Positions 18,283 to 29,549 of a stretch of 64,000 nucleotides of DNA are shown in pieces. Below the pieces are notes generated by a model, which ran no database searches, was not told the origin of the DNA, and saw only the letters and a list, made by a program, of their open reading frames with translations. A program made the translations under genes and the position numbers. Source of the stretch: an uncultured archaeon (GTDB lineage: Archaea; Asgardarchaeota; Lokiarchaeia; Sigyniarchaeales; SOKP01); NCBI GenBank assembly GCA_964388035.1, contig CAYLZE010000006.1, positions 1 to 64,000 on the forward strand, in the 5' to 3' direction. The stretch's first letter is position 1; each line of letters begins with the position of its first letter.

Positions 18283-19268
18283 GTAACAACACCACTCTTT
18301 TCCATCGAGTCGGTAAATTCATTGAATCTTTTCTCTATTTCATCAAAATATGGTATGGAATCTTGAGCTCCTTTTCGGGTAACAGCAATAGAAGCCGCAG
18401 CAGTCGCATATTTCACGGCTGTGATCAAGTCTTTTCCTTGACATAGCTTGCTCGCTAAAACCCCGTTAAAGCAATCTCCCGCCCCGACCGTATCAACTGC
18501 TGTTACTTGAAAAGCTTTAATCGAATGAAGTCCCGTCTCTTTATCATGAACCAAGCACCCTCTTGCACCCAATGTGGTTATTATCGTGTCCACTCCTAAT
18601 TCTGAAATCTGATGCGAAGCTTGCACGATTGCAGCCTTATTATCCGTTGGTAAATCTCCCAAACGAAAAATTGAATGTAACCTCATTAATTCCCCCTCGT
18701 TAGGTATGATAATATCTATGTTTTCCAATAAGCGGGCAGGAAAGGGCTTCAAGGGCGCGGGGTTTAGAATTTTTATCGCGCTTTTCTGGGAAGCTATTTC
18801 AAAGATGACTTCGATGGTTTCTAAAGGAATTTCCATTTGTACCACGATTGCGCCCGCATTTTGAATGAGATCCCGATTCTTCTCAACATCTTCCACTGAT
18901 AGATTCTTATTAGCTCCTGGCGCCACGGAAATCATGTTTTCTCCCTGAGAATCTATCAAGATGAAAGCCACTCCGCTCTTCTCCCTTGGGTCTTTAATCA
19001 TGCGAGAAGTGTTTATGTCTTCCTTAGTAAGACGCTGGATCATTTGATCGCCAAAAGCGTCCATGCCAACCCTGCCCAGAAAGTTAGTGTCTGCCCCACT
19101 CCGAATTGACGCGACGGCTTGATTGGCTCCCTTACCTCCCAAAAATTGATCAAAAATGCCCCCAGTCACGGTTTCTCCTGGCTTGGGAAACCGCTCTATA
19201 TAAATATTTAAATCCATGTTACTTGAACCGATGATTAATACATAATTTTGGTCCAAATTCTTTCCCAT
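18279..19268 (-). CDS. rbsK: ribokinase (PfkB family)
   Basis: GSSNMD, GGKGANQA, LNPAP, PNEGE, DTVGAGDCF. Confidence 0.93.
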   Translation of the reverse strand: MGKNLDQNYVLIIGSSNMDLNIYIERFPKPGETVTGGIFDQFLGGKGANQAVASIRSGADTNFLGRVGMDAFGDQMIQRLTKEDINTSRMIKDPREKSGVAFILIDSQGENMISVAPGANKNLSVEDVEKNRDLIQNAGAIVVQMEIPLETIEVIFEIASQKSAIKILNPAPLKPFPARLLENIDIIIPNEGELMRLHSIFRLGDLPTDNKAAIVQASHQISELGVDTIITTLGARGCLVHDKETGLHSIKAFQVTAVDTVGAGDCFNGVLASKLCQGKDLITAVKYATAAASIAVTRKGAQDSIPYFDEIEKRFNEFTDSMEKSGVVT

Positions 19269-19529
19269 CCTTTCAGATCAACTCGATTGTAAATATCTTA
19301 CAAGTAGTATAAATTTTCTAATGTAGCATTTAAAAAAATCATTTTTAATAGCTGGAGCCATTAACTTCAATTATTTCACTCTTCAGTCAAATCCTTCAAA
19401 TTTAATTTTCGAATGGTTTTTATTATAATGGGTTTTATTTAAACATAATTAAACTTAGGTATTCTAAGTTTATTGTTAGTATATGAAAATTAAAATCAAA
19501 TAAAGTAAAATACAAAATGGTTGATGTAC

Positions 19530-19862
19530 ATGGCGAAGGATAAAATTATAGGCCTAGTGGTTATGATTGTGGGCGTGCTCATTGCCATAATTTACACGCT
19601 CGGTTCTGTCGTGGACCTATTCATGCAAACCATCGGAAAGCAACCCCAAGGAATTGATTTAACCTCCAGCTGGTTAGGAGTTGATCTTTTGGATTGGCGA
19701 CTTTTTGTAGTAGCTCCAATGTGGTTGCTGATCATCTTAGTATCAATTATTGCCATTTGGATTGGATACAGCATGTTAACAACTCCAGCTCCCGTTCCCT
19801 TGGAAGAATTAGAAGAGGAATTGGCTGCTGAGGAAGCTGCCGAAGAAGAAGAAACCAAATAA
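19530..19862 (+). CDS. small two-TM conserved archaeal membrane protein with acidic tail
   Basis: Two hydrophobic helices; WIGYSMLTTPAP.PLEELEEE motif. Confidence 0.75.
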   Translation: MAKDKIIGLVVMIVGVLIAIIYTLGSVVDLFMQTIGKQPQGIDLTSSWLGVDLLDWRLFVVAPMWLLIILVSIIAIWIGYSMLTTPAPVPLEELEEELAAEEAAEEEETK

Positions 19863-20240
19863 TAGCACGATATCTCATATAAATTACACATATTTTTTTT
19901 TGTTTTTAAATTCTCATTTTTTCTTTTTATCCTTTTTGAATTCTCGCTAATAGATTAAATTAGAGAGACCATTAGGAAATCAAAAACGATTGGACTTAAA
20001 ATTTGATAATTAATAAGAATAGATTAAAAAAAAATTAATTTAAAGCTCTTTCTATTTGGGAACTAATTGATCTTGTCCATTAGTTAGCCAATTCAAATCA
20101 AATTTTACCAATGTGTTAGCTTCTCGATAATCTATTTTCCTTATTATTCAACATTATACTAACAAATATACGGTTCTAATTTGTTAATATATTGTATTTC
20201 TTTTATTATATTTCCTTCATAAACATGGGACGTGTTAAAA

Positions 20241-20981
20241 TCATACTTCTAACTCATGCCAGCGTAGAGATAAATCCCTTAAATTTATCTGAAGGAGAGT
20301 TTTATTGGGTATCTCGCGAAAACCGTCCTGTAAGGGGGTAGTTCCTATTAAGATGGAATTAGCTTGTTCATGAATAAATAGAGTCCGGTGCCGTCCATTG
20401 AACCGCATGGCATGATAATTTATAACGTTACACTCCTTGGCATTAAACAAGAATGCATTGGCGGCAATTCCGATTTTAATTGTCTTTAATACCTCTTCCA
20501 GGGAAGTCTTTAAATCTGAGTGGCATTTCAAGGCATCCATGATATAGCAGAGATATTTTCTGGTATCTAAGGTGGTGGAGTTTTTTATCTCTTCCAACTT
20601 TTTGTCCTTAAGCTGCGGAAACGAATCATCATGGATGGTGCCATTATGGGTAATGAGATATTTTTCATTAATATTAATGGGATGAATATCCTCCGCGGCT
20701 TTTTTCCAAGGCATAGCTTTTCGGGCATGGACGACCAGAAAACGGGTTTTAATCCTTAAGATTCCTTTCCAATCGGCATGGTATATAGGGGTGATGTCCC
20801 TCTTCACTATCAAGTGATTTTCTCCTTCGGGAACATATGCCACTCCAAATCCTAAATTATGGTGCCCGAGCAAGTCATAACGGTGAAAATAATGCCAATG
20901 ACAAGTGGCAAGGAATTTCTTCAAAATATGCGGGTCTAAAACAAAAGATTCCGGAGAGCACTGAACGAACATGCGACACAT
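20241..20981 (-). CDS. class II glutamine amidotransferase (Ntn hydrolase, YafJ/EgtC-like)
   Basis: MCRM start placing Cys at position 2; HARKA, HP, HNGTI and DT motifs. Confidence 0.85.
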   Translation of the reverse strand: MCRMFVQCSPESFVLDPHILKKFLATCHWHYFHRYDLLGHHNLGFGVAYVPEGENHLIVKRDITPIYHADWKGILRIKTRFLVVHARKAMPWKKAAEDIHPININEKYLITHNGTIHDDSFPQLKDKKLEEIKNSTTLDTRKYLCYIMDALKCHSDLKTSLEEVLKTIKIGIAANAFLFNAKECNVINYHAMRFNGRHRTLFIHEQANSILIGTTPLQDGFREIPNKTLLQINLRDLSLRWHELEV

Positions 20982-21305
20982 GCAATTCACTTAGAAATTC
21001 TATTTTGAAGATTCTGATATGGGTGGTAAGAATTTTTTATATTTTAAAAAATTTCAGAATGGCACTCTTTCTCATGTCCTAAAATATTATTTATATAAGA
21101 ATTAGGGAAAATACATAGTTTTCAAAAAACCAAATTACTTGAATCTTTTAGATTTTAAACTTTTTACTTTATTTCTATTAATCTAAATAGATGAAATAGT
21201 TTTTCCCATAAATAGACTTTTTTAAATATTTTGGATAATTTATAATAGTATAAGACATTTTAATAATGTCATTTTCAAGTTAAAATAACGAGAAGGAATC
21301 AAAAA

Positions 21306-21503
21306 ATGAGTTTCTCCATAGATATCGATTTAGAAAAATGTACCGGATGCGGAACGTGCTATGAAGTCTGTCCTAGTGAATGTTTTGGCGAGCCGGAAGG
21401 TGGCAAGGTCAACGTTATTCAAGAAAACCGGGAGGATTGCGTGGGTTGCAGAGCATGCGAAACCCAGTGTCCGGAAGAGGCCATAACAATTTCGGAAGAT
21501 TAG
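21306..21503 (+). CDS. 2[4Fe-4S] ferredoxin
   Basis: Two CxxCxxCxxxCP motifs. Confidence 0.95.
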   Translation: MSFSIDIDLEKCTGCGTCYEVCPSECFGEPEGGKVNVIQENREDCVGCRACETQCPEEAITISED

Positions 21504-21959
21504 GCAGAATATAACGGCAAGAGCTTGAAGTTCTGGCTTAATTTTTTTATATACTTAATTTATCCTTTTTTTTCTTTCATTTTATTTTTCACAATAAATT
21601 CCTTAGATTAATTTAGAAATTAATTTTGCTGATAAAAGAAATAAGAATATAATATGATAAAATCTAGATTACTATTGATGTCCTATTTTAGAGTGTAGCG
21701 TTTAATCTATTAAAATTGCTTTCAATAAAATTGACCTTGCTTTATCTAAATTGACTTCTCTTAACGAAAACTGCTCAAGCAACAGGTTTTATTAAAAATC
21801 TTTATTTTATTCCTAAATGTTCATCGAAAGTTTTAGTTTTTTCTGAATCTAGGGTAATCACGTTTTCAATAGTATTGATCCAATTGACAAAACATGTCCA
21901 CAAAAGATCGGGTGATTCCTTTTTCTCTTCTTTCATTTTCCCTCCTCCGCTTATTCATT

Positions 21960-22760
21960 TCATTTGAGATTTTTATTGAAGAAATTAACGGCCAAATGCC
22001 AAGCATCTTCCGCGGAAGGTTTATCATAGACCGAGCTTGTTTCATTGAAAAAAGCGTGCTGAACTCCACTATACAGTTTCATCGCATAAGTCTTTTTATA
22101 CTTTCTCATTGCTTCGATCAATGGGGAAATGCCCGCATCAACCATTTCATCCTCGCCGGCATAAAAAGCGAGAACAGGACCTTTAATTTTAGCCACAGCT
22201 TCAAGGGGGTTAGGATTGGCTCCATAAAAAATTACGGATGCATCAAACGGCAACATGGTCGAGATTTGAAAAGCTAATCCCGCTCCGAAGCAAAATCCCG
22301 TCACGCCCATTTTCTTTCCTTTGGAATAATCTAAATCTTTCAAATAGTCATAACAGTCAATTATATCTTTGGCAATCTTTTGTTGAAAGGATTCTCTTTC
22401 CATGAATAAGATTTGTACCACTTTTTTCTCGGTATCTCCCATTTTTGAAATTATATTCTTAAGAGATGAGGGATCACTTCTTTTTTCTCGAGGTATGGAA
22501 AAAACAGGGACCATTGCTTTCTTAATGTTTTCTTCGGTTAGCACATCTCCTTTTCTACTAAAAAGATGAGGAGCTAAAGCAACATATCCTTGTTCAGCAT
22601 AGCGTCTCGCTACCCCTCTTATCTGATTGTTTAGCCCCCAAATTTCATGAATTATGATGATACTAGGATGTTGACCTCCTTCTGTTGGATGAGCGATAAA
22701 TGACTGGATGTCAATTCCATCTTTGCTTTTAATAGAAATACTTTCTTCAATAATCTTCAT
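21960..22760 (-). CDS. dienelactone hydrolase family protein
   Basis: HEIWGLN, GFCFG nucleophile motif, D and HAFFN. Confidence 0.92.
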   Translation of the reverse strand: MKIIEESISIKSKDGIDIQSFIAHPTEGGQHPSIIIIHEIWGLNNQIRGVARRYAEQGYVALAPHLFSRKGDVLTEENIKKAMVPVFSIPREKRSDPSSLKNIISKMGDTEKKVVQILFMERESFQQKIAKDIIDCYDYLKDLDYSKGKKMGVTGFCFGAGLAFQISTMLPFDASVIFYGANPNPLEAVAKIKGPVLAFYAGEDEMVDAGISPLIEAMRKYKKTYAMKLYSGVQHAFFNETSSVYDKPSAEDAWHLAVNFFNKNLK

Positions 22761-22964
22761 ATCTGATAAAAAAGATGCTGATTTATTTTAAAGCATCTCT
22801 TATAATTTTAATATAATTTTTCTCAAGGCAAATTTATCTTGAATAGCTATCTTATACAAACACGCCTCAAAAACTTAAATATAATTAAATATGGATTTGT
22901 AAAATGTTCTTGAATAATTTGAAAAGGTGAGGTTAATAAATGTCTATCTTTAAAATCTGTTGGG

Positions 22965-23846
22965 TCAAGCTATCATTAACATCCATGTTTCTCGAGTTTT
23001 TTTCCGATCCTTCAGTTTTTCAAGCAGAACTCGGGGGATATTTTTCAATAAGCTTCTAGAAATGACTCGACTGGATGGAACATCCACCTTTTTGTAAATT
23101 TTAAACCCATGGTCTGCAAAGAAAGCTTCTGCCATTTCAAAACTTTCGAATTTATTTTCTTCTACATTATGGTCTTCCAGAAATTCTTTTCCTTTCTCAT
23201 CCACAATTTTTGCCTCATGTGGAAAAGCCTCATCCTTTTTTACATAAATATCGGCCGTTATCCAAAAGCCGCCATGCTGGCTCAATACATTATGGATATT
23301 ATGGCATAATTTACTTTTCTGTCCATCTGTTAGATATACTAAAAGTCCTTCATTCACGATGGCAATGGGACCAGGAGAAAACAAGAATATAATCTTAGAG
23401 AAAGCTTCTCCATTTAACACATTCAAATCTTTCAAGATTAAATTATTAATTGAATACGAGCAATATTTTTTGGATAAGCTATTTATCAATAATTCTTTAT
23501 TTTTTATTAATTGAGGCAAATCAGTATCTATGTATTGAATTTCGGGATCTTTACATAAATCGAGACCTCGAAAAGAGTAGCCAGAGGAGAATTCTAAGAT
23601 TCTTTTCAGGTCTAACATTGAAAGACCCTCGTCTATTGACCAATACCTGGTTTCAAAATGAATTAGCCTTAATATAAAAATAAGGGAGGAAATTTTATCT
23701 TGAAAGGTGCGTAGAACTTCCTTATCCTGCCAGATCATTTCTATTGCTTCTTTAGCAAAAGGGATGTTCGTAAATGCCTTGGTAAGAAGCAAGGATTTAG
23801 CAGAAGGAGTAATAGAGTTGAAAACGATATCCAAGGAATCTGTCAT
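22965..23846 (-). CDS. class I SAM-dependent methyltransferase-like protein (LCM-like)
   Basis: ILEFSSGYSFRG, YIDTDLP, NEGLLVYL, WITAD. Confidence 0.7.
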   Translation of the reverse strand: MTDSLDIVFNSITPSAKSLLLTKAFTNIPFAKEAIEMIWQDKEVLRTFQDKISSLIFILRLIHFETRYWSIDEGLSMLDLKRILEFSSGYSFRGLDLCKDPEIQYIDTDLPQLIKNKELLINSLSKKYCSYSINNLILKDLNVLNGEAFSKIIFLFSPGPIAIVNEGLLVYLTDGQKSKLCHNIHNVLSQHGGFWITADIYVKKDEAFPHEAKIVDEKGKEFLEDHNVEENKFESFEMAEAFFADHGFKIYKKVDVPSSRVISRSLLKNIPRVLLEKLKDRKKTRETWMLMIA

Positions 23847-24093
23847 TATAAGGTTAAAAGAAGGTCAAATATAAAAGTTTTTTTTTAAAATGCTTAAAAA
23901 GCATATTATTCAAGGAATAAAATAAATTTCTAAGAAAAAAATTCTTAATTTCTTTAGTATCCCTAAAAAGTTGTACTCCCTTCTTGCTCCTGTTTCATTA
24001 TTCCTCATTCACACCCGGATGGGGTTCATTAATTCTTTCTTTTTGTTTACCAGTTGAAAATAATAAATATATCAAAAAAGAATAAAAATAGGA

Positions 24094-25392
24094 TTAGAAG
24101 TCAGAACAGAGGAATAAGATTAATTCCTTAATGTAAGTTTTTATATCTTTTAAGTATATAATTTCATTGACCGCATGTGCTCCGCTTCCCGCGTTCCCCA
24201 CACCATAGAAAATGATATCTTCCGTGTTTAAAATTTCAGATACATATCCCATATCCGTGGAACCAGACATTCCCACGGTTCTTACTTTTTCATCAGGAAG
24301 GTCTTGCACTACTTTGATGATCTCTCTTAACTTAAGCACGTCTGGGGCATTGACGTTCATTCTAACCGCAGGATAATCATAGATAAAAGTAGTTTTTAAA
24401 TCTAATAATTTACTTTTTGCCCTTCCCCGTTCAATTGCCTCTTCTATTTCCCTTTTCACATCCTCGTAATTTTCATCGGGAATGAGCCGTCTATTAATCG
24501 TAAGAGTGCATAGATCGGGGACGATATTGGTTTTTGTTCCCGCATGGATGATGTCCAGGTTAAACATGGGAGACATGTTCCATTGTCTATCGGTTCCTGG
24601 GCGTGGAAAACCAGGAATGTCCTTGCTCTCCCGCTGTTCAACAATTTCTTTCAATTTCATTAACTCTACGAGAATTGGGACTATTTCTTCTATAGCATTA
24701 ATACCCATAAAGTTCATTCCGGAATGACAACTTCTCCCGATAGCTTCCACAACCACGTTGAGCGCCCCAGCACAACCTGCGAAGATAATAGGGTCAACGA
24801 CGCCTTCCATGCAGAAGATAGTTCCTTTCACATAGCCCTTTTCTGCTAGATACCGTACTCCGGGATAGATTCCTATTTCTTCATCGGTACAATTAAGCAC
24901 GTGAATGTTGTAATTCGGCGTGAGATTTAATTTCTCGATCAATTGGAGGGCGAGGATGAGGGCCGCCATTGCACCCTTCATATCTGCAACACCGCGACCA
25001 TATATCTTGCCACTCTTGATCATGGTAGCTTCAAAAGGAGAGAATCTCCATTTTTTTGCCCCCTCATCGGGGACGGGAACGACGTCCATGTGCCCATAAA
25101 ACGTGATATCCTTACCTGCTCCATAAATTTTCGTAGCCACAAGATTAATTCGGGGTCCTTTTAGATTATAAGGGATTTGTGCTATTAATTCTTCCGGAAC
25201 TAGGACTTCCTCCAAGGAGTATCCTAATTTCTTGAAATACGGAATGAGCACGTCAACATACTCCCTGTAATTGTCTCCTGGGGGAACCACGGTTTTCACT
25301 CCGATTAGATCTCTCATGAGCTTCATGATTGTTTCTGTATTTAGATTATCCACTTCATTGAATATTTTTTCATTCTCCATTTTATTTTTCAC
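24094..25392 (-). CDS. M20 metallopeptidase (ArgE/DapE family)
   Basis: GHMDVV, GRGVADMKG, DEE, HSG, TDM, AHAVNE. Confidence 0.92.
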   Translation of the reverse strand: MKNKMENEKIFNEVDNLNTETIMKLMRDLIGVKTVVPPGDNYREYVDVLIPYFKKLGYSLEEVLVPEELIAQIPYNLKGPRINLVATKIYGAGKDITFYGHMDVVPVPDEGAKKWRFSPFEATMIKSGKIYGRGVADMKGAMAALILALQLIEKLNLTPNYNIHVLNCTDEEIGIYPGVRYLAEKGYVKGTIFCMEGVVDPIIFAGCAGALNVVVEAIGRSCHSGMNFMGINAIEEIVPILVELMKLKEIVEQRESKDIPGFPRPGTDRQWNMSPMFNLDIIHAGTKTNIVPDLCTLTINRRLIPDENYEDVKREIEEAIERGRAKSKLLDLKTTFIYDYPAVRMNVNAPDVLKLREIIKVVQDLPDEKVRTVGMSGSTDMGYVSEILNTEDIIFYGVGNAGSGAHAVNEIIYLKDIKTYIKELILFLCSDF

Positions 25393-25515
25393 GTTAACTA
25401 TTTTATGATAGATAATATATTATTTTCAGAAAAAATATAATCAATAACTTTTTTATCTATCTGAGGATTAATTTTTAGTGTTAAATGATTTAACAGAAAA
25501 TTCTCGGCAAGTAGC

Positions 25516-26046
25516 ATGGAGAAAAAAATAATAAAAGGACGCAGCAAGGAAAAGGCCAAAGTAACTGGCTCTGAAACCGTATTTGAAATGATCAAGAGAA
25601 AGACGCCTTGGATTTTAGGAGAAAAAGTAAGAAAACCAAAAATCATTTTTCCCAAATTTACCAAATTAAGAAAAATGAGTTTTCCAATGCCGGTAAAAAC
25701 CCTCAGTGTAATATTTATCTATGCCATTTTATTTGTCCTGCAGATGGGAGTAATTTACCTCATATATCGTGACCCTCCCGCATTAGGAGCCACTTCAGCA
25801 GGAGGGCCCCAATTCATGTACCAAGATTTACATGAAAGTTTCATCATTGAAGGAATCGTAGCTTCTATTTTGATTTTTCTCTGTTCTTTAGGCTACATCC
25901 TCTTGTATCAAGCCTCAAAATATGTATATAATAAAACTATGGCTCAGCGAATTCTGATCTTCGGGATCATCATAATTCTTACTGCTTTCGTGGCATTGCA
26001 ATACATGATCTCTTATAAGACGGGTGTCAAGACTATTTTTGACTAA
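25516..26046 (+). CDS. oligosaccharyltransferase subunit, OSTC/DC2- or OST3/OST6-like
   Basis: Three TM helices; GVIY...DPPALG...FIIEGIVAS.LIF...LG matches the DC2/OST3 pattern. Confidence 0.75.
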   Translation: MEKKIIKGRSKEKAKVTGSETVFEMIKRKTPWILGEKVRKPKIIFPKFTKLRKMSFPMPVKTLSVIFIYAILFVLQMGVIYLIYRDPPALGATSAGGPQFMYQDLHESFIIEGIVASILIFLCSLGYILLYQASKYVYNKTMAQRILIFGIIIILTAFVALQYMISYKTGVKTIFD

Positions 26047-26111
26047 TTATAATACCTAACAATTCAGGCACCAACATCAATTTTTCCATAAACTAGATTA
26101 AAAGAAATCTT

Positions 26112-27257
26112 TTATTTCACTTCACAGATTCTAAATTCCATGTAATCGGTGATTACTCGATAAAGTCCCCGGAATTCTTCATCCAGAACGGAATCTCTGG
26201 TATCCACTCTTAAAACCTGATTTTGAATGGAATTTAATTTGTATTTAGTGGAAATGATAATGAGATTTTTAGGACCAACTTTTTTCAGTATTTTTGGAGT
26301 AAATTGCAGGTTACCGCGCCCTAAAATGAACCCTTGTCTTCCGATGGGAGATAAAATGATTTTCACTTCCCCATCATTAACATAGTTTAAAATTTCTTGT
26401 TCATTCAAATCACTGGCAACTATTTTCTTATTAACTAATAAATCTACTCCAAGAATGGTCTTTTCTTGGTGCAATTCGTCTGTGATAGCTTTAGTGGTCG
26501 TGCCGGGACCGAGTAAATAATACGTGTCTTTTTCCAAGATTTCAACGATCATTTTCGCAATCCTTTCTTGATTGTTAAGATCCGTAGCAGGAGTGCCCAT
26601 TTTAGAGTCCTGGGAATAATCTGGAGCGTTAGGAACGAGTAAATATCCATGAGATTTTACCTTAAGATTACCTTTTCGATATTCATTCTCATCAATGTCC
26701 AAGACTTCCGATTCTCGAAGAGGCAATTCATCCCATAAATATTGAAGGATGATAGAAGCTCCTACCTTGGGGTTCAAGGAAAATACACCGGAATATATCT
26801 TGACGCCTGCTGGAATTCCCAAACAAGGCAGTTGTTCATCAATTACATCTAAAATATCCCTGGCAGTACCATCTCCTCCTACAAAAAGTAAAAGTTTTAC
26901 CTCTTTTTTTTTTTTAATGATTTCTGCCGCTTTCTTTGTATGTTCTGATGTGGTATCATACATGGAGTGAATATCTTCAAAAAGTGGATGGGAGAGAATT
27001 TCATGGTCTAACTGCATCTCTTTTAGTACTATTTCTCCCATATAAGAAGGACAAGTATAGAATTTAATCTTTTGCTTGATCGGATTTAATTCCTCCAATA
27101 ATTCTTTAGTTCTATTCAGCGCTGTGGGCTGAGCCCCTAGAGAAATTGCCTTTTTAAGAATATCTCTTCCATCCGTGCCTTTTAACCCAACAGCACCCCC
27201 CATTCCAGCAATCGGATTTATAATGAGACCTAAAGTAAATTCATTTTTCTCGTACAT
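26112..27257 (-). CDS. ATP-NAD kinase family protein
   Basis: INPIAGMGG, GGDGTARD, GIPAGVKIYSGVF, GRGNLQ. Confidence 0.88.
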   Translation of the reverse strand: MYEKNEFTLGLIINPIAGMGGAVGLKGTDGRDILKKAISLGAQPTALNRTKELLEELNPIKQKIKFYTCPSYMGEIVLKEMQLDHEILSHPLFEDIHSMYDTTSEHTKKAAEIIKKKKEVKLLLFVGGDGTARDILDVIDEQLPCLGIPAGVKIYSGVFSLNPKVGASIILQYLWDELPLRESEVLDIDENEYRKGNLKVKSHGYLLVPNAPDYSQDSKMGTPATDLNNQERIAKMIVEILEKDTYYLLGPGTTTKAITDELHQEKTILGVDLLVNKKIVASDLNEQEILNYVNDGEVKIILSPIGRQGFILGRGNLQFTPKILKKVGPKNLIIISTKYKLNSIQNQVLRVDTRDSVLDEEFRGLYRVITDYMEFRICEVK

Positions 27258-27322
27258 GTTAAAGTAGTGAATATAAAAAAAAGAAAAAATTATGTATTAT
27301 TCAATTGAAACTTTAAACACGG

Positions 27323-27736
27323 TTACAAGCTTTCTACAAAAGCTTTATACTTGGATGCGTTAAGCAAGTTTGCTTTTTCTGCATCTAAATTTGATGGTTT
27401 AATTACAAATAACCAACCGTCTCCATAGGGATCTGCATTAATCTTCTCCGGTTCGTCCATTAAACTGCTATTTATTTCTTTAACAGTTCCTGAGACTGGA
27501 GAATATACGTCCCCAACTGCTTTACTTGATTCTACAGTGGCATCAATGGGGTCTGAAGCAGGCTCATTGCCTGACATTTCAACTTGAGTTAATTCTGCAC
27601 CATCTAATCCCTCGACATCGACAAAGCTAATCTCTCCCAATTGCTCAGCGGCATAAGCGGTTATACCAACTTTCCCGCTAGCAGGGTCAAACCACTGATG
27701 CGTTTTTACAAATAATAACTTTTCCGGAAAATCCAT
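27323..27736 (-). CDS. gcvH: glycine cleavage system H protein (lipoyl carrier)
   Basis: VGITAYAAEQLG, VESSKAV lipoyl-Lys, DPYGDGWL. Confidence 0.93.
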   Translation of the reverse strand: MDFPEKLLFVKTHQWFDPASGKVGITAYAAEQLGEISFVDVEGLDGAELTQVEMSGNEPASDPIDATVESSKAVGDVYSPVSGTVKEINSSLMDEPEKINADPYGDGWLFVIKPSNLDAEKANLLNASKYKAFVESL

Positions 27737-27878
27737 TATTTAATATCACTTCTTTTTTTGGTTTTAAGAATTTTTTTTATATAATATAGAAAAAATTGAA
27801 TTGTATGTGGTTGTTCTTAATAATTTAGTAATATATTAAAATTTGTTCATTGAATAATCTAGAATAAAAGATCGCTTT

Positions 27879-28727
27879 TTGAAAATGAAAGATGAATTGT
27901 GGGAGAATATAGATTTTCATGATGAATTTCGTCAGTGGTATATTGAAATTATAAAAGACTTTAATTTCGATCAGCAAAAAGATAGAGAAGCAAGAGATAT
28001 GCTCTCTCATATCTTAAATTTGAAAGAGAAAAATTGGAATGCTAATAAAATTCTTCATTTATTTTATCATTCCTTAGAAAAGGGAAAAATTATATTTATA
28101 TTTGGGTGTGGACCTTCCTTGGAAACGACAATTGGTGCTCTTTTAAAAAGAGGCGGACGAGCCATTCTGAATCACACGATTAATTTAGCTGCGGATGGAG
28201 CGACTGTTTTTTTAACGGAAAATGAAATTCCCATAACCGCCACTTTCACGGACTTGGATGGAATAAGGAAAGAAGACTTCGGGATAGCACAATACATGAT
28301 AGTTCACGCTCATGGGGATAATATCGATAAATTAGAGGAGTTCAAACCCGAGATTATTAACTTTGAAAAAGTAATCGGAACCACCCAAGTTCAACCCTTG
28401 GAGAATATAGTTAACCCTGGGGGATTCACGGATGGAGATAGGATCCTTTTCTTCTTAAGATCATTATTATCTTCGGAACAAGTTATTTACTTAATTGGGA
28501 TGGATTTCAATGAAATTGTGGGCCGATATTCCAAACCTACTTTGAAGAGTAATCAAATAGCAACTCCTATTAAGAAGAAGAAGCTTGATTATGCTTTTAA
28601 ATTAATAACCTGGTTGGCGCCGAGGATAACTAATAAGTTATATTTTGTTAATAGCTCCATGAAAGGAGAAGATTTTAAACCAGTGACAATAGACCAATTT
28701 CTGAATCAGATAAATGGTCGATCATGA
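27879..28727 (+). CDS. mptE: 6-hydroxymethylpterin diphosphokinase MptE-like (DUF115)
   Basis: GCGPSL, AADGA, TDLDG, VHAHGDN, GGFTDGDR, GMDF. Confidence 0.85.
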   Translation: MKMKDELWENIDFHDEFRQWYIEIIKDFNFDQQKDREARDMLSHILNLKEKNWNANKILHLFYHSLEKGKIIFIFGCGPSLETTIGALLKRGGRAILNHTINLAADGATVFLTENEIPITATFTDLDGIRKEDFGIAQYMIVHAHGDNIDKLEEFKPEIINFEKVIGTTQVQPLENIVNPGGFTDGDRILFFLRSLLSSEQVIYLIGMDFNEIVGRYSKPTLKSNQIATPIKKKKLDYAFKLITWLAPRITNKLYFVNSSMKGEDFKPVTIDQFLNQINGRS

Positions 28728-28730
28728 AAA

Positions 28731-29549
28731 TCATCCTTCATCAATAATTCCTTGACTGGTAATTTCATAAAAGTTACTTTCATTCTCGGGTAAGTATTGC
28801 GAATTGACAACATGAACTCTCCTTTTCCCATTCGCCTGTACTTTTAAGTACAAATATTCAGAAAAATAATGGTTCAAAATGCTATTTCCTGCCGGTATCT
28901 CTGGAATAATTGCATTTTCTAAGAAATTAGGAGTCACTTGAGCCGTTGCGATGGTAATTATATTGAATTTCATGGTGATATTATGTAATACTGAGAGGAT
29001 GGACAGGAATTCTATTTTATGGGCGCGATGAGAAATGTTACTTCGTGAATATTCCGATCTATAAAGATTATTAATTGAATCTATAATTAAAAGCATTAAA
29101 GCGTTTTCTTTCTCATTTTTTTGAATTTCTTTCAATTTTAGCAACAATGTCGAATTACTCGAAATATGGGAATAATAGATACTGTCTAAGACGGATTTGG
29201 TGTTCAAACCTCGTAATTTTGAAAATTCTTCAATCCTTTCGGGTCGAAACGTATTTTCGGTATCAATATAATAGGTGAGTATTCGACTTTTTTGGGACTT
29301 TAGCTCGCTATCTTTGAGATACGCTTGAAAGCATAATTGATGGCATAATTGAGTTTTACCTGCACTATATCCCCCAAAAATTAAATACTTTTTACCCGCT
29401 AAGAAACCCCCCTTTAAAATGGTATCCAAGCTGCTTAAACCCGATTTTAATTGAAATCGGGTAGAGGATTGCTTTTGATCTTCATCCATCAATGTATTTG
29501 TATTTAATATCTTATCTGGTGCAATTCCTAATAATTCATTCAGTTTCAT
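28731..29549 (-). CDS. RadA/Rad51-like ATPase paralogue
   Basis: Walker A GGYSAGKTQ, YIDTENTFRPERI, IIDS. Confidence 0.85.
   Translation of the reverse strand: MKLNELLGIAPDKILNTNTLMDEDQKQSSTRFQLKSGLSSLDTILKGGFLAGKKYLIFGGYSAGKTQLCHQLCFQAYLKDSELKSQKSRILTYYIDTENTFRPERIEEFSKLRGLNTKSVLDSIYYSHISSNSTLLLKLKEIQKNEKENALMLLIIDSINNLYRSEYSRSNISHRAHKIEFLSILSVLHNITMKFNIITIATAQVTPNFLENAIIPEIPAGNSILNHYFSEYLYLKVQANGKRRVHVVNSQYLPENESNFYEITSQGIIDEG

Noticed and set aside
20050-20190. Short inverted repeats (AACTAAT/ATTAGTT; TAACAAAT/ATTTGTTA) in a convergent spacer
   Set aside because: Short AT-rich matches are expected by chance at this composition; at most terminators
23990-24035. ATGA..hairpin..TGA on the minus strand as a SECIS or K-turn
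   Set aside because: The stem is too short for a SECIS, and the upstream M20 gene has no in-frame TGA
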